A model generated the notes under the pieces. It was not told the origin of the DNA, did not search any database, and worked only from the letters and a program-made list of their open reading frames with translations. The position numbers and the translations under genes were made by a program. A stretch of 64,000 nucleotides of DNA from Vicugna vicugna (taxonomy: Eukaryota): contig MU058009.1 in the NCBI GenBank assembly GCA_013265495.1, forward strand, positions 1,924,001 through 1,988,000, in the 5' to 3' direction. Of the stretch, positions 39,010 through 52,521 are shown piece by piece. Position 1 is the stretch's first letter, and every line of letters begins with the position of its first letter.

Positions 39010-39310
39010 AGCCTCTCCAACTCGGTAGCCCAGGAGTCTACGTTGGCAGCTGACCGACTGAATCTGACTCACAGATATATTTTCCTTGGCTAGCTCGGTG
39101 TTTCAAACATTGTGGAATTCGTTGTCAACATTGAAAAACATAAATTTCATGTTTAAACATCTCCGTCTCTAGCTTTTCTGGAAAAAGAAAGTGGAAGATC
39201 TTGCAGCACCGGCTCCACATTCTTGCTTGACACTAATCAGCTCGGGCTGAGTGACGCGCCCCCTGTTGGATGGCAGGTGTACTTGGCTCACCTCAGTCCT
39301 CACCACTCCC
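39010..39310. mobile_element. hAT-Charlie DNA transposon fossil (MER103-like)
   Basis: 'ctagcttttctggaaaaag...ggaagatcttgcagcaccggctccacattc' resembles the recalled MER103C consensus. Confidence 0.45.
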
Positions 39311-42300
39311 TATCGTGTTCCCGAAATCCAGAGCTCATTTTGATTGCATTTGCTGTGTGTTCATATAATTGCTTGTCCTAGAAGAAGAATGATATCTTTG
39401 ACAATCTTTTTCTTTATCAAAAATGTGAAAATGAAAGTTTGAGAAGTCATCAAATTTGAATAACAATAGGAGAAAGTGCATATCTGAACAATACGCATAC
39501 ACAGTGTGGCAGTGTTAAAAGATGCAGCAGCGCCGTTCACTGACCTCACCCATCTGCCCTTGGATGCGGCAGAGCTTGGCACCAGCCTCCTGGGTTCTGG
39601 TTAGGACAGCACTCACGCCCCTCTCGGGCCTGGCAGATACTCACCCTACTCCTGGCAGAAGCAGACATGCCTTAGATAACAGGGAGTCCAGCCGGAGTCA
39701 TCCAGAGTGAGATCAGTGGTCTCTGCCCTGGGAGGGGCCACAGCTTCCACACAAGATGCTTCCGGGAGTGACAGGGGTGCTCAGTGATTACACCAGGTCA
39801 GCAGGTGTTTGCTGGGACAAGTGGATACCCTGTCTCCTTGGAGCAACTAGGCACCTGTGTGAACAAATACTGCTTTTGTGAGAAAAAGTCCAGGAGCAGC
39901 TGGAAGCAGGAACAGAGGGCTTTCGCTCAGGAGGAAAGCAGGAGGTGGGTAGAAGACACAGCCCGCGAGGAGGAGAGGGAACAGCCCCAGCTGTGCGCAG
40001 AGCCGGGGCGCAACGGGCAGCCCAGTGCTAAATCATAGACTGGTTCCCAAGCACGGATGGGGAAGCGTCCCCGGCTGCCTCCTGCATCAGACTTCAGAGC
40101 TGCGTTTAGAGATTTTGGAGTCAGGCATGCCTGGTCCTGCCACTTCCTAACTGAGTGGCCTTAAGCAAGTCACTAAATCACTCTGCTTCTGTGATCTGAA
40201 AACGAGGCCAAGACAGACTGGATAGATGCGTGTGAGCATTACATGAGAGACTGCCTAGAGAGTGCCCTGCAGAGACGGCTCACGATGGGTGCTCAGGACG
40301 GGAGCCGTTAAGACTGTCTGCACCTGAGTCTCAGGTCGGGATGGCGCACCTCACTCCTTCGGTGGGCATCTTCCTCACCAAGTCTTTCCTGACTCTTCCT
40401 CCTCACCCCCTCAGGCCAAGCTGAACAAGACCCACGCCCTGTCCCCCTGTCACTCTCTTTGGCACTGTTTGCCTGTGTGACCCACCATTCCATGAGCTCC
40501 TTGAGGGCAGGAAATAGGGCAGGGGTCCTGGCCTCCTTTGCCCAGTAGAACCACCTGGGGTCGGGCTCCCTGGGCGTGGGACCTGGGCACCAGCCTGGCG
40601 TCCAGCTCCCAGCCGATCACAACGGCCACCAGGGTAGAGACAAGCCTGGAGACCAGCAGCACCAATGGCACCGGAAGCTTCTTGAAAAAAGTGCCTTTTC
40701 TGGGAACCCCGGATCCACTGCACCAGAATCTGCATTTTAACAGGACCCTTGTGAACAGAAGGCAAGAGAAAGGGTGAAACGCTGTGCCGCCTCCTCCCAC
40801 CCCAGGGCAGTGGCGCTAATCGGCAGTGGCTGTCTGTGGGGGGCACAGATTCCCTGAATGAATGAATGGATGGCTGAATGAACGAGTCTTGCGTGTCGCA
40901 GTTTCCAGTGGGCTTTCACACCTGGTATCACATACGCTGTCACCCAGTTGTGAACTCAGGTCCAGAAAGCAAAACCACAAAACATCCAGGAACTAAGCTG
41001 ATGAGAACAAATAGCTGCAGAATGACGAGGTTTTTAAAGAAAGCACCTGGTGAGTTTTTAAAGAAGGATGCACGAATTAATAGATGGAACTTGAAAATCT
41101 GATTCAAGAAGTTTGTCTTCCTTGTCCCTGAAAACCCTTTGACTTGACGCCCCCACAGCACTGAGGGCCGAGATTTCTAGGATGAATGATTCGCTTACTC
41201 TTCGAAGGAAGCTGGGGAGCAGCGGCTGCACGCCTGACACCTGCCCTGCAGGTCACCCCCTGAGGCTTTAAACACTGGCCTTGGATGCCCCCGCCTCTGT
41301 CTTCATCTGTAAAATGGGTTTATTGGGACAGTGCATTACACTTCAATTCAAAGAGAGTTTGCCAGTGTTTACATATATACCTATGTTTGTCTTCATATAT
41401 CCTTTCCCGGGGTCCCCACAGTGGCCGCAGAGCTGGAAGGGTGGAGCACATTACCCGAGGTTTCTAACAGAATAAACTGAGGCAAAGAGAGTTCAGACTG
41501 TCTTTCTTTGGCTCGCAGAGCAACTGTGTTGCAAGCTGAGCTAGCACACAGACCTCAGCCTGGGCCGAGGGGGTGATAACTTCCGCGGATGACCCCAGCT
41601 CACTCGGGGAACACGTGTGCCGATATCAACTCAGAAGCAAGCCTCTTTTTCCTGTCTGCCAGACACAGTTTTCAGATCTGGGCTGAGGTGTCCCCAGAAC
41701 CCTTTTTCTGTCTCCAGCCCAGCACAGGGCCTTCTCCTACAAGAACGTCTGAAAGTGTGTTTAAAAATAAAGAAGGAAACAGTGCAGAAAATCAGCAGAA
41801 AGCTGCTTTCCTGAAAGAGCTGAGGGCGGGGAGCATGCCTCCCAGGCGCCCGGTGACTCATCCTCGCCGGCACTGGGCCTGCGCTGCCCAGTGTCAGAGG
41901 CCCGGGGAGTCCGGGCAGCACTCCCACCGGACCCCCATCCAGGTCCCAGCACCCGGGGTCCCCAGGAGCACACAGAGCCTTGAGAGTAGCGGCTTTTCTC
42001 ACTGTTTCTGGGCATCTCCTGTCGAGGTTTCAGGAAGCAGTCTCCTAGCCAGGGGCAGAGCCACTTCTGCAAAGCAGCATCGAGCAGCCCCTCCTAGTCT
42101 CATTTATCTTCGTAGCTGCCACGGAGGAGCAGGGAGCAGGTGGCCCTGTGCAGAATGGGAAATGGCCAGCAGATGTCTGAGACAAACAGCGCTTCCTGTG
42201 ACCCATCAATGTGAGATTTTAAAGGTTACCTTGAAATTGCAGCAGCCACGCAGGCAGCGGAGGAAGAGTCTGCCTCTCCGTGGTAGGTGAAGTCTTCCTC

Positions 42301-43260
42301 GCTCAGTCAGCGAGGCAGCTGGCTCCTGGCTGACAGAACATTCACCCAGGCTGCGCTCTCAGGGACGCAGCTTCCCAGGAAGGGGAATGCCTGTGAAATC
42401 AAGAACTTGTTTATAAAGAAGAAGAAGGGCTGAATGACAGTCTCCCCCGAGGGGATGTCTCCAGGATCAGAAGCTCCCAGAACTTTCTGGAAGGAGCAGC
42501 TCATCAGTCTGAGCCTGAGCCTCAGAATCCCAGCCTCTGCGAACCATTGCCTGGTGGGACCTGAGCGCCCCCGGGCTGGAGCCAAGCAAACCGAGATCCA
42601 GAGGCGGCCTCTTACTACCTAAGCTTCATGTTCCGTGTCTGAAAATGGAAGGGTGGTAAAAACGCTTGTCTAACAGGATCAAATGAGCTAACACAATGTT
42701 AGCATCTTGGTGCGGTGCCTGGCTCAAGACTGGGCAGAAATGCAAGCGGTTGCTCTTGGCGGCAGAGATGCTCATGGTCCTTCCCAGCTTCACCAGAGCC
42801 TTCAAGCATTTTAAATGCCTGTGAGCAGAACAACAGAAAGAAGGTAGACTGAGTGCTGCAGGTGTCTGGCTGTTTCTTCCAAGTGCAGCATATACTCCAA
42901 AAATGCTTAACAACCCTTTGAAAATCTCGGGGCATTAACATCATGCCCAGCTCAGTTTCTTAGCGGGCAAGGAGTTACTCTATTCGCATTTTAATGGTGT
43001 GTCTACTCAGCAATCCGCCATATTAGACAGTGCTCAGACAGCCACAGACTCCCCACTCAGGTGGTGGGAGTGAGCACAGGGAGACCCAGACCCCTGCCGC
43101 CTTCTCCTTTCTGTCTGCGGCTGAGACCTCAGAGGAGAAGGAGGGAGACAGGGAGGGAGAAGCGAGCGAGCACAACCAGCTAGCGCCCAAATATCAGCTC
43201 TGCCCCTCACTCGTTTGGTGACCTGGATGCCACGTGACCTCTTTGGGACTCATTATTCTT

Positions 43261-43393
43261 TGTGGGGGGGGAGGAGGGGTAATTAGGTTTTTTTTTTAAT
43301 TGTTCTTTTTTACTTATTGGATGTACTGGGGGTTGAACCCATGACCTCGTGCATGCTAGGTTGTGCTCTACCACTGAGCTGTACCCTCCCCCC
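43261..43393 (-). mobile_element. tRNA-derived SINE of camelid type (Vic-1-like)
   Basis: Minus strand reads GGGGAGGGTACAGCTCAGTGGTAGAG (A box)...GGGTTCAACCCCCAGTACATCCA (B box), an A-rich linker, then CCTAATTACCCCTCC. Degenerate TSD ggactcattattctt / ggacttgtcatctt. Confidence 0.85.
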
Positions 43394-44006
43394 AGGACTT
43401 GTCATCTTTATTTATTCATCCATTCATTCAGTAAGTACTTTTTGGGTACATAGTATATGTCAGGCCATGCTCTGGAAACTCAGAATGTATCAGGTTAAAA
43501 ACAGACCCACAGCTGAGCCCTTGGGGAGCTGACATTCTAAAGGAGGGAGAGACACTGTTAGGAACAAGCGCGATCGTGAGCAAACAGCATGATCTTTATT
43601 TACCTCTTACTCCTGTGGGTCGCTGTGGTGATTGCGAGTCCATGAATAAGGCAGGGAACGCAGTAGGCACCTTTTGAACTGTTGCAATTATTATTTTGTA
43701 AATTGCGCTCGGATTTTCTTTAAATCTTTTAAATGCTTAAAGTGGAGTTTGCACCCAGAGAGTGTTCGTTTATTCATTCAACAAACAACTGTCGAGCTCC
43801 CATTATATACTAGAGCCTGGACTAAGCACCAGGGAAATAAGGGGGTAGTACAAGAAAGCATGTTCCCTGCCCTGAGAATCCCACAGCCCACCGCTGGTCC
43901 ACACCTACGGGTCCCCTGGACACTGGGGCAGGGCCTGTGAGGGCACGAAGGCAGAGCGACCTTGAAGTTTAGGGTTTCTGCGAATCTGACCAGTCCACCT
44001 CACTGA

Positions 44007-45131
<1,125 letters not shown>

Positions 45132-47444
45132 TGATATGTGCAGGTTGTCCCAGCACGTCCTAGACACTACACGTGCAGTAGCTCATTGGATGCCCTCCCG
45201 CACCCCCGTGAGATGCCTTTCCTTACACTGCAGATATGGACACAGAGGCACAGGCAGGCAAATTATTTGCCTGTGAGCAAGAGCTCCTAAGTCCTGGAGC
45301 CAGGAGGCAGGTCAGGCCCTGGGGACCCAAAGCTGCACCGCCCACCTCCCATCCTGGAGCAGGTGTCACCCAAAGAGAGTTCTGGGACCAAATAACCTTG
45401 GGGAACATGGGGTTAATAAAGGTGAGCCAGCTTCTTACAGTAGGACCTGGCGGTGTCTTTATCTGTTGTGAACTGCCTCGTGAGGGAAGGACAGGGTGCA
45501 GCATCTCCCGAACTCTGGGATTCCCAAACTCACAGAATCCTCTGTTTGGAGACACACCTGTGCCCCAGACCCATGGGCCCCGCTGGAGCAGGCTGCCCTC
45601 AGCTTCCCTGCGGACCCAGCCCGGCACCTCCCTGCACAGTGACTGACTCACAGGCAGCCATGGCCGGGCTCTGTGTGGGGACTCGGGAGCCCGCATCCCC
45701 ACCCCTCAGGCAGGACCCCCGGGCAGAGGAGCCCCAGCAAACCCTGCACCTGCTTCTGCTCCCCTTCCTGCCCTCCTCTCTGCACTCAGGGAGGAGTCTG
45801 AGCGGCAGGGCTGGCCCTGGGGGTGACCTGTGGAACACTCACCCGGGCTCTGATGGACACAGAGTTTTCTAATCAGGCAACAAGGCCAGAGGGCTGGCCT
45901 CCATCCCACTTTACAGATGTGCGAGCTTCATGCAGACAGGAAGTGTCCACACTCAGGTCTGTCACTTACAAATCTAGAGCTTGTAGACACCACACTGCCC
46001 CCCAAAACACAGGGGTCCGGGCACAGAGGTGGCCGCGCGAGCCTGCCTCGCCTCTCGGGAAGCTGGGTGCGGGGAAGGAGACAAACGGGGTAGCCACACA
46101 CCTTCCCAATGGGATGCAGCCTGGCTCCAGGGACTGGGGCAGGGGGGCCACTCAGCCATCTGCGGGGGCCAGAGCCTGGCAGGCAGCGCACAGTGGCGGC
46201 TGAGGAAGCCTTTGGGGCCGAGGACAGTCGGGAGACAGGATGCCTCCTCCCGCAGAGCCGGGGGCTTGCAGGTCACGCTGCCCTCGATGCTGGGTTCAGA
46301 TCAGAACACAGGCTGAGTTTCTGGGAAAAGAGCTCCACTTCAAGGCCACAAAGAGGGGCTCGGGCCAGAGCCGTGGGGACAAATAGGACAGTCGCGGGTT
46401 ACCACCGCCCCCGCCGCCCCCTGCTGGCCTCTCCCCGAGCACCTGCTCAAAGTCAGGGTCCTGCAGTTGGCCTGGCTGACCTCCTCCCCTCCCATGGCTG
46501 GGTTACCTGGGTCTGCGGGGGACCCCAGAAGGCGAAAGGAGACTACCCAGCCCCACGGGCTCTGATCTCAGAGACTTCAAGGGCTAGGTTGCCACTTTCA
46601 CGGAGCCGAGCACAGGCTGGGAGTTCAGGCCGGGGTCTGACTGGCACAGCTCTGCCTGTGTGAGTGTGGGCAGGCGGCTTGACTTGTCGGCCAAATGAGG
46701 GCAGTAAACCCATGGGCTCATAGGGGGTTAAATGATGAAGTGGAGCAACATGTGAACCAGCGCCTGCCACCCAGAGGGGCTTCTTTCCACATGCATTGGA
46801 AGATGACTGCCAGGCACACGGGTGGGGTCTCTAGCCCCAGAGCAGCTCACTTCCCCCTCCCAAGAGGCAGGAAGGGAGGACAGGAAGACCCCAGGAGGCC
46901 TGACCCAAAGCTCCCATGGAGGTCCCCTCCCGCTGTCTTTGCTGAGGCCCCCCGAGCTGCAGGCGTCTGGCCTGTGTCTAGGACGGTCAGTGCCCGGCTT
47001 GGACCTCTGCACCTCTGCTGGGCTGGGGGTTGGCCTAGGACCAAGGGAGAGGCCTGGCCCAGGCAGCACCCCTGGAGCAGAGAGCAGGCTGAGAGCCCGC
47101 AGTGGGTCAGTGCGCGGGGTCGCTGGGGTTGCCGAGCCCCGGAGCACCGGACAGGAAGCAGCCTCTGCCCTGGGCCTGGTTTGTGTGAGGCCCCTGCCCG
47201 AGGACGCCTGAACCCAGGGCTAGAGCAGGCATCCCCTTCAGTTCCCCAGGAGTGCGAGCTGGGAAGAGACTGAACATCAGGAAGCTGCCTCTCTGGGACC
47301 CTGAGCACAGAGGTTTCCTCATCCATAAACAAAGCTGCCCTCCCTGGAGAGAAAGCGGCACCTATAAATAACACAGGCATGTGAGGGCTGAGCGGACAGG
47401 GAATGGAAGCATTAGAGCATGCTCAAATCAAGAGGCCACGCTTC

Positions 47445-47466
47445 GTGTGTGTGTGTGTGTGTGTGT
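47445..47466. repeat. (GT)11 microsatellite
   Basis: Directly visible. Confidence 0.95.
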
Positions 47467-47817
47467 ACGCACGTATGGAGGCTCCTGCCCATATGTGTCC
47501 ACGCCAAACAACCCCTGTGTGTTCTAAACGCCTGGCAGCTTCTCTGGGCTCACCCACTCAGAATATATCTTGTTTCCTGCCTCTTTTCTTGTCTCAATCT
47601 TCTAGAACTTAATGCATTTTCAGGAACCATGTCTGTAGCTCTAGCTCTTCCAGAATTATGCACACCGGTCTCTAGGAACCTACTCCAAAGTCTTGCTTTG
47701 TTCATTTCTCATTTTCTGCCTCCATCACACTTGGTGCTCCTTCAGGGCAAGGACTGTGTCTTATTCTGCTGTATATCTCCATCATGCTTAGCCCAAAGTG
47801 GATGTTCAAAAATGCTT

Positions 47818-47915
47818 GATGAATGATTGGATGGATGGATAATGGATGAATAAATGGATGGATGATGGCTGGCTAGCTGGATGATCGGATGCCTGGATGG
47901 ATGATGGCTGGATGG
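47818..47915. repeat. Degenerate (GGAT)n simple repeat
   Basis: Repeated ggat/gaat/ggct 4-mers ending about 40 nt before the exon 3 acceptor. Confidence 0.85.
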
Positions 47916-47954
47916 CTGTGGCCACTCCTGACACAAGTGTCCTCTGTTCACCAG

Positions 47955-48277
47955 GCATGACTTGCCAAGCACGGAGCTCCTACATGGATACAGAGGTTCT
48001 CTGGGGCCACCGGTTCACACCAGTCCTCACCTTGGAGAAGGGCTTCTACGAGGTGGACTACAACACCTTCCACGACACCTATGAGACCAACACGCCCAGC
48101 TGCTGCGCCAAGGAGCTGGCAGAGATGAGGCGGGAGGGCCGGCTCCTGCAGTACCTCCCCAGCCCCCCGCTGCCCGGAGGCGGTGCTGGAGCCGAGCTGG
48201 AGCCTGAGGCTGAGCAGGACGGAGAGGTTGAGCCCGAGGGGCTGAGTGGGTCCCGGGAGCCCAGGGGCTCAGTGTGA
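47955..48277 (+). CDS. KCNJ5: Kir3.4/GIRK4, coding part of exon 3 (codons 313-419 and stop)
   Basis: Acceptor cctctgttcaccag|GC restores the frame ([13 protein letters not shown]...EVLWGHRF...RGSV*). 937+323 = 1260 nt = 419 aa, the known Kir3.4 length. Confidence 0.99.
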
Positions 48278-50160
48278 GGACAGCACCCCCGCCTCACGAC
48301 CTCCCCTCACTGGCTTCTCACGAGCACAGACGCTGCAGGGCTGGGGTGTGGGGTGCGCCCCCTGAATGCGCTGCTGGGAGGGGAGGCCAGGCGCCACTGA
48401 GGCTCTGTGGGGAGGAACGGTGTCCCTGGTCCCGGAACCCACCCTCTCAGGGCCTCCCCTAGCAGGTGGCCCTGGCCTGGGCCGTCTTGGCGGTGCTGCC
48501 TCTGGCCTCCCGGCCTCCGCTGGCACGGGCTAAGGGCCAGGCTAGGAAGGGTTTCCCCACAACAGAACGTGCAGGTGGCCTCTCCTCTCACCCCTCTCTC
48601 TGCCAGCTGGCCGGGATCACCTTTCTCCTTGTCGCTTCGCAGACCCACCGGCAGCCCCTCCATGGCTGGTGCCTGCAGAGGGCTGTCCCCCTCCCCTCAT
48701 CCCACCACCCTGGGGCTTGCTGAGGATCCAGGGCGGGGAGGTCCTGCCTGCCTGGGCTCTGGGGTGGCGGGAGGCTCACAGGCCTCACGGGTTACGGTCC
48801 ATCCAAGTCTGTAGCTACGGAGGACGAGGCCCGGACCATCCCTGTCGCCACCTGTGAAGTGTATGTTTCCCCTGCTGGGTTCCGAGTGTGGCCTCAGGAT
48901 CAGCGATCTCCTTAGGGTGACTCTCAGCAGAGTGCGTCCGGCCCAGGTGGAGTTTTGTCACCCCAACCACATCGAGCCCACACCTCCCCCAAAAGGAGAA
49001 CCCCGGAAGTCAGAGCTTTGCTAGAACTTTGGGCCCAAGAGTCTCAAAGCACTTCTAAGCTTCGCTGTGGTTTCCTTCACAATCTCAGAGATTTGTGGCG
49101 TGATCCGGGGAGCAGGCTGTGCTTGGAGGACAAGAGGAGCCCGGTGATGCTGAAGCGGGGCGGCAGGGGAGAAGCACAGAGAGGGGCAGCATCTGGAATT
49201 TTAACATAAGCATCAGCTGTAGGTGTGGCCTGGAGACCTGACTTCAGTCCTTGTCGCCAGGTGACTGTGGATGAGAAGCTAAGTGCGGGGTGACTGCAGT
49301 GGCAGCATCACCTTCCAGCCTAGGTGTTGAAGGGACCCCTGGATGTCCCCAAGGCAGCTGGGCCAGGAGAGCAGGGATGGTGGCTTCAGGGGGGGAGGGA
49401 GGGCCACCACCCTCGCCTTGCCAACGTGGAGACTCAGGGAGGGGGTGAACGTTAAGAGAGAGATGAGTGGAGAAAAGGCTTCAAAAAGACCACTGCAGAG
49501 GCCCTTCCTTTCCAGTCCAGAGGATGAGGACAGACAAACGGTGTGGATGTCACAGAAAGGCGACGTACAGCATGTGTTGAGGCTGACCTAGACCTGGAGA
49601 GCGATGTCAGGCGTCCCAGCCACAGAGCTGGGGAGGCCTCCCGCACAACCGCACAGCTCCCCGCTGGCCTTTGAAAAGGGAAGCTCGCTCTTGCCCCAGA
49701 CGCGAGCACCTCCCTGGGAGTGAGAGCAGCCCGTTACGGCAGGGCCAAGGGGACTGCATTGGGATCTCAGGCCCGTTCCCCTCGGGCTGGGTCTTCCAGG
49801 CCCTGGCGCTGGAGGGAAGAGGAGGCCGAGCAGCCTGGTGCCTGGGCGCCCACGGGCTGGATCTGGTGAGGAGGGTGTTGGAAGCAGTGAGCCAGAGGGG
49901 TCTTCCCGACGAAGGGACGGTGCCGAGTCCTGGTTCCGGGCGTCCTCCTGGGCTGAAGCAGGCCTTGCGGGGCATGGAGAAAGAGCTGGAATCCTGCCCT
50001 CTGACGAAAGGGAAGCAGGCGGTGGGAAGTGCTTGCAATCAGGACTCGAAAGCAGGGACCCCTCACTAAGACTGGATACCTTATGACTGGAACTGGCAGG
50101 TGGGGGCCACTCCTCACCCCAGGCCTGCCAGACCCGAGGCTTGTACTGCACGACTCTTTC

Positions 50161-50212
50161 CTCGCCCCCATCCCCCCCCCCCCCCCCCGGCCCCCCCCCA
50201 ACCCCCCCCCCG
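50161..50212. repeat. Poly-C low-complexity tract
   Basis: Several long C runs. Confidence 0.9.
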
Positions 50213-51374
50213 CACAACAAACCGATCTGTGCCTGCAGGTTTGGAGCCTCAGCGAGGCCTCTAAGCAAGGATGGGACGCACAGGGGAAGCCAGCCTTGCA
50301 GCTGGACGGGGTCCTGGGCCTGCTTCACAGCTGCCCCCACCTAGCACCCCCCGCTGGCCAAGCGAGCCCCCCTCCCGTCCCTAGCTCTGCAGGGGCCCCT
50401 TGAGCCTGGGCCCTGTCGCGTCGCCTCTCAGCCAAGTGCAGAAGCTGCGGGGGCCGCAGAAGAGGAAGAGATCAGTCCAGACTAACGCACCCCCTACCCC
50501 CGACGCCAGCCTCCCTCACAGTCAGAGCCCACTTCCTGTCACCTCCTTCTGCTGCTCTGAGGTCCTGGCTGGAGGGGAAGGCGCCCTCATGTGGCCCAGG
50601 AGAGCCCTCCTGCTCCTGCTCGTGGCCTCTGTCATCCTGCCCTCCAGCATGCCTCAGCCCTGTGAGTCGAGAGCCACGGAAACTACAATTTTTTGTACTC
50701 AAGTTGCCCGAAACAAAGGCACGCCAAAAAATGGGGGGGGAAAAGTTGCGTGTTGTCATCTATGAGTAAGCCCTGAACACATCTCTGCACCTACGCCATT
50801 CACCGCGCACCTACGTGTGCCCAGGGGTGGGCCAGCCACTCCCTGGAAGACTGCACTTAATTCTCAAAACCCTGGGAGAAGCTCCTAGTAACCCCTTGCT
50901 ATCGGTGAGCTAACTGAGGCTCAGAGAGGGTGATTAGTCGGCTCAAGGCCACAGGTAATCACAGGAGGCCGGGCCTCAGCGCAGAGCAGAGGCTCCCAAA
51001 CACACACAGGCGGCCGTCACCTCGCGGAAGCGCCGCCCCCGCCCACCTCCGCGCAGCCGCCGCGCTCGGGCTGCAGCAGGGACGCCGCCCCCGCGGTCCC
51101 GGGCTGTGGCCCGTCCCGCTCCGTCCGCCGGCGGCGCTCTCCTGCGGCGGGGTCCTTGGGAAACACCTTTCTCTGATTCCTGGAGCATTAATGAGCCGTG
51201 AAAAGAGATTGGATGGGGAATTACTGCTTTGGGAAAGAAGACACTTACTCTGCTCGGCTTGGTTTTTGCTCACGACATCTCCTTAAACTGCCGTGTCGAA
51301 TCTCTTTCTCCCTGTGTAGGATTTGTCAGTCTTCTTATTGAAAAGAACACCGCAGCACTGATAAAAATTCATCC

Positions 51375-51380
51375 AATAAA
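51375..51380 (+). terminator. KCNJ5: Candidate KCNJ5 polyadenylation signal
   Basis: First canonical AATAAA I could find after the stop codon, in an AT-richer block with T-rich sequence downstream. Implies a ~3.1-kb 3' UTR. Confidence 0.55.
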
Positions 51381-52167
51381 GTGGATTTGATCTTACAGAG
51401 CCCTTTCTCATTTTAAGCAGAGGGTCGCTGGTTGCCCGTTCAGATTCACTGCCAGTTCAAGCAGACTTGTCCTCCTGGTTTTCATTAGTCTAGAGGCACA
51501 GTATCAGTATCCAGACTGGAGCGGAGGCGAGAGTCTGGGTGAAGACGGCGAGGAGGAAGCCGGGAGAGGGGAGCTCGCCCAGGAGGCCGGGCTCAGCCTC
51601 CAGGCCAAGACCGCGGAGGGCGCGTCGGGGGAGGGGAGCGGTGCGCCTTCTCCTGTTGGCTCCTTCAGCGCCCCTGCCCCCCAGATCATTCTCACACACT
51701 CCTCCACGTTGACCAGTCAGGTCTACGGCCTAATGACCGAGTAACCAAAGTCTGCCCATTAGGGAGCCCCTGCACAGGCCGTCTGCGTCCATGGCCTAAA
51801 TTAGCAAAACGACTGACTTAACTGAACAACAGGAAAGGGGCGGGGGAAGCTGGGAGGTGTAATCCTGGCAAAGGACCTCAGATTTCTCAAGCCAAGGCCA
51901 GTGGCTTCTGCTGAGCACGTCGCCATCAGAGGCTTGACAGCTGGCTTTTCTTCCGCTCCGCTCAGCCCAACGGGAATTGAACAGCTCAGATCTACAAAAG
52001 AGGCTAATGAAAGATCCCCCCTTTAGACCATTCTGAGAGGATGAAACAGCTCTCCAGGCTGTGATTCAGAACGAGGAGAAGTATTTTATATTGTGGGAGG
52101 TGGTATAGCACCGATGTGTGGGAGCGTCTCCTGTGTCTGGTGCGATGGCCCGCCCGTGGTGACCAGG

Positions 52168-52521
52168 TGCCTTAGGCTGGTCCAGCTGCTATGACAAAAT
52201 GCCACAGACCAGGTGGCTGGAACAACAAACTGATTTCTCACAGTTCGGTAGGCTCGGAAGTCCAGGCTCAAAGCTCCAGCAGACCTGGTGTCTGGTGAGG
52301 GTTCTTGGCTCCTAGAAAGCTGTCTTCTCGCTGTGTCTTACAGTGAAGGGGGCAAGGGAGGCCTCAGGGGTCTCTCTTATAAGGACTGATCCCCTCGTGA
52401 GGGCTCCACCATCATGACCGAGGCACTCCAAAGGCCCACCTCCTAGGACCATCACATTAGGAGTCAGAATTTCAACATACGGATTTGGGGCGGGGGGGAC
52501 ACAAACATTCTATCCAGAGCA
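52168..52521 (-). mobile_element. MaLR solo LTR (MLT1A0-like)
   Basis: 'gctgctatgacaaaatgccacagacc...atttctcacagttc...gtgagggctccacc...atttcaacatacggatttgggg...cacaaacattc'. Confidence 0.88.

Noticed and set aside
43315..43393. Possible tRNA gene
   Set aside because: A and B boxes are present, but it carries a SINE tail and TSD and has degraded stems.
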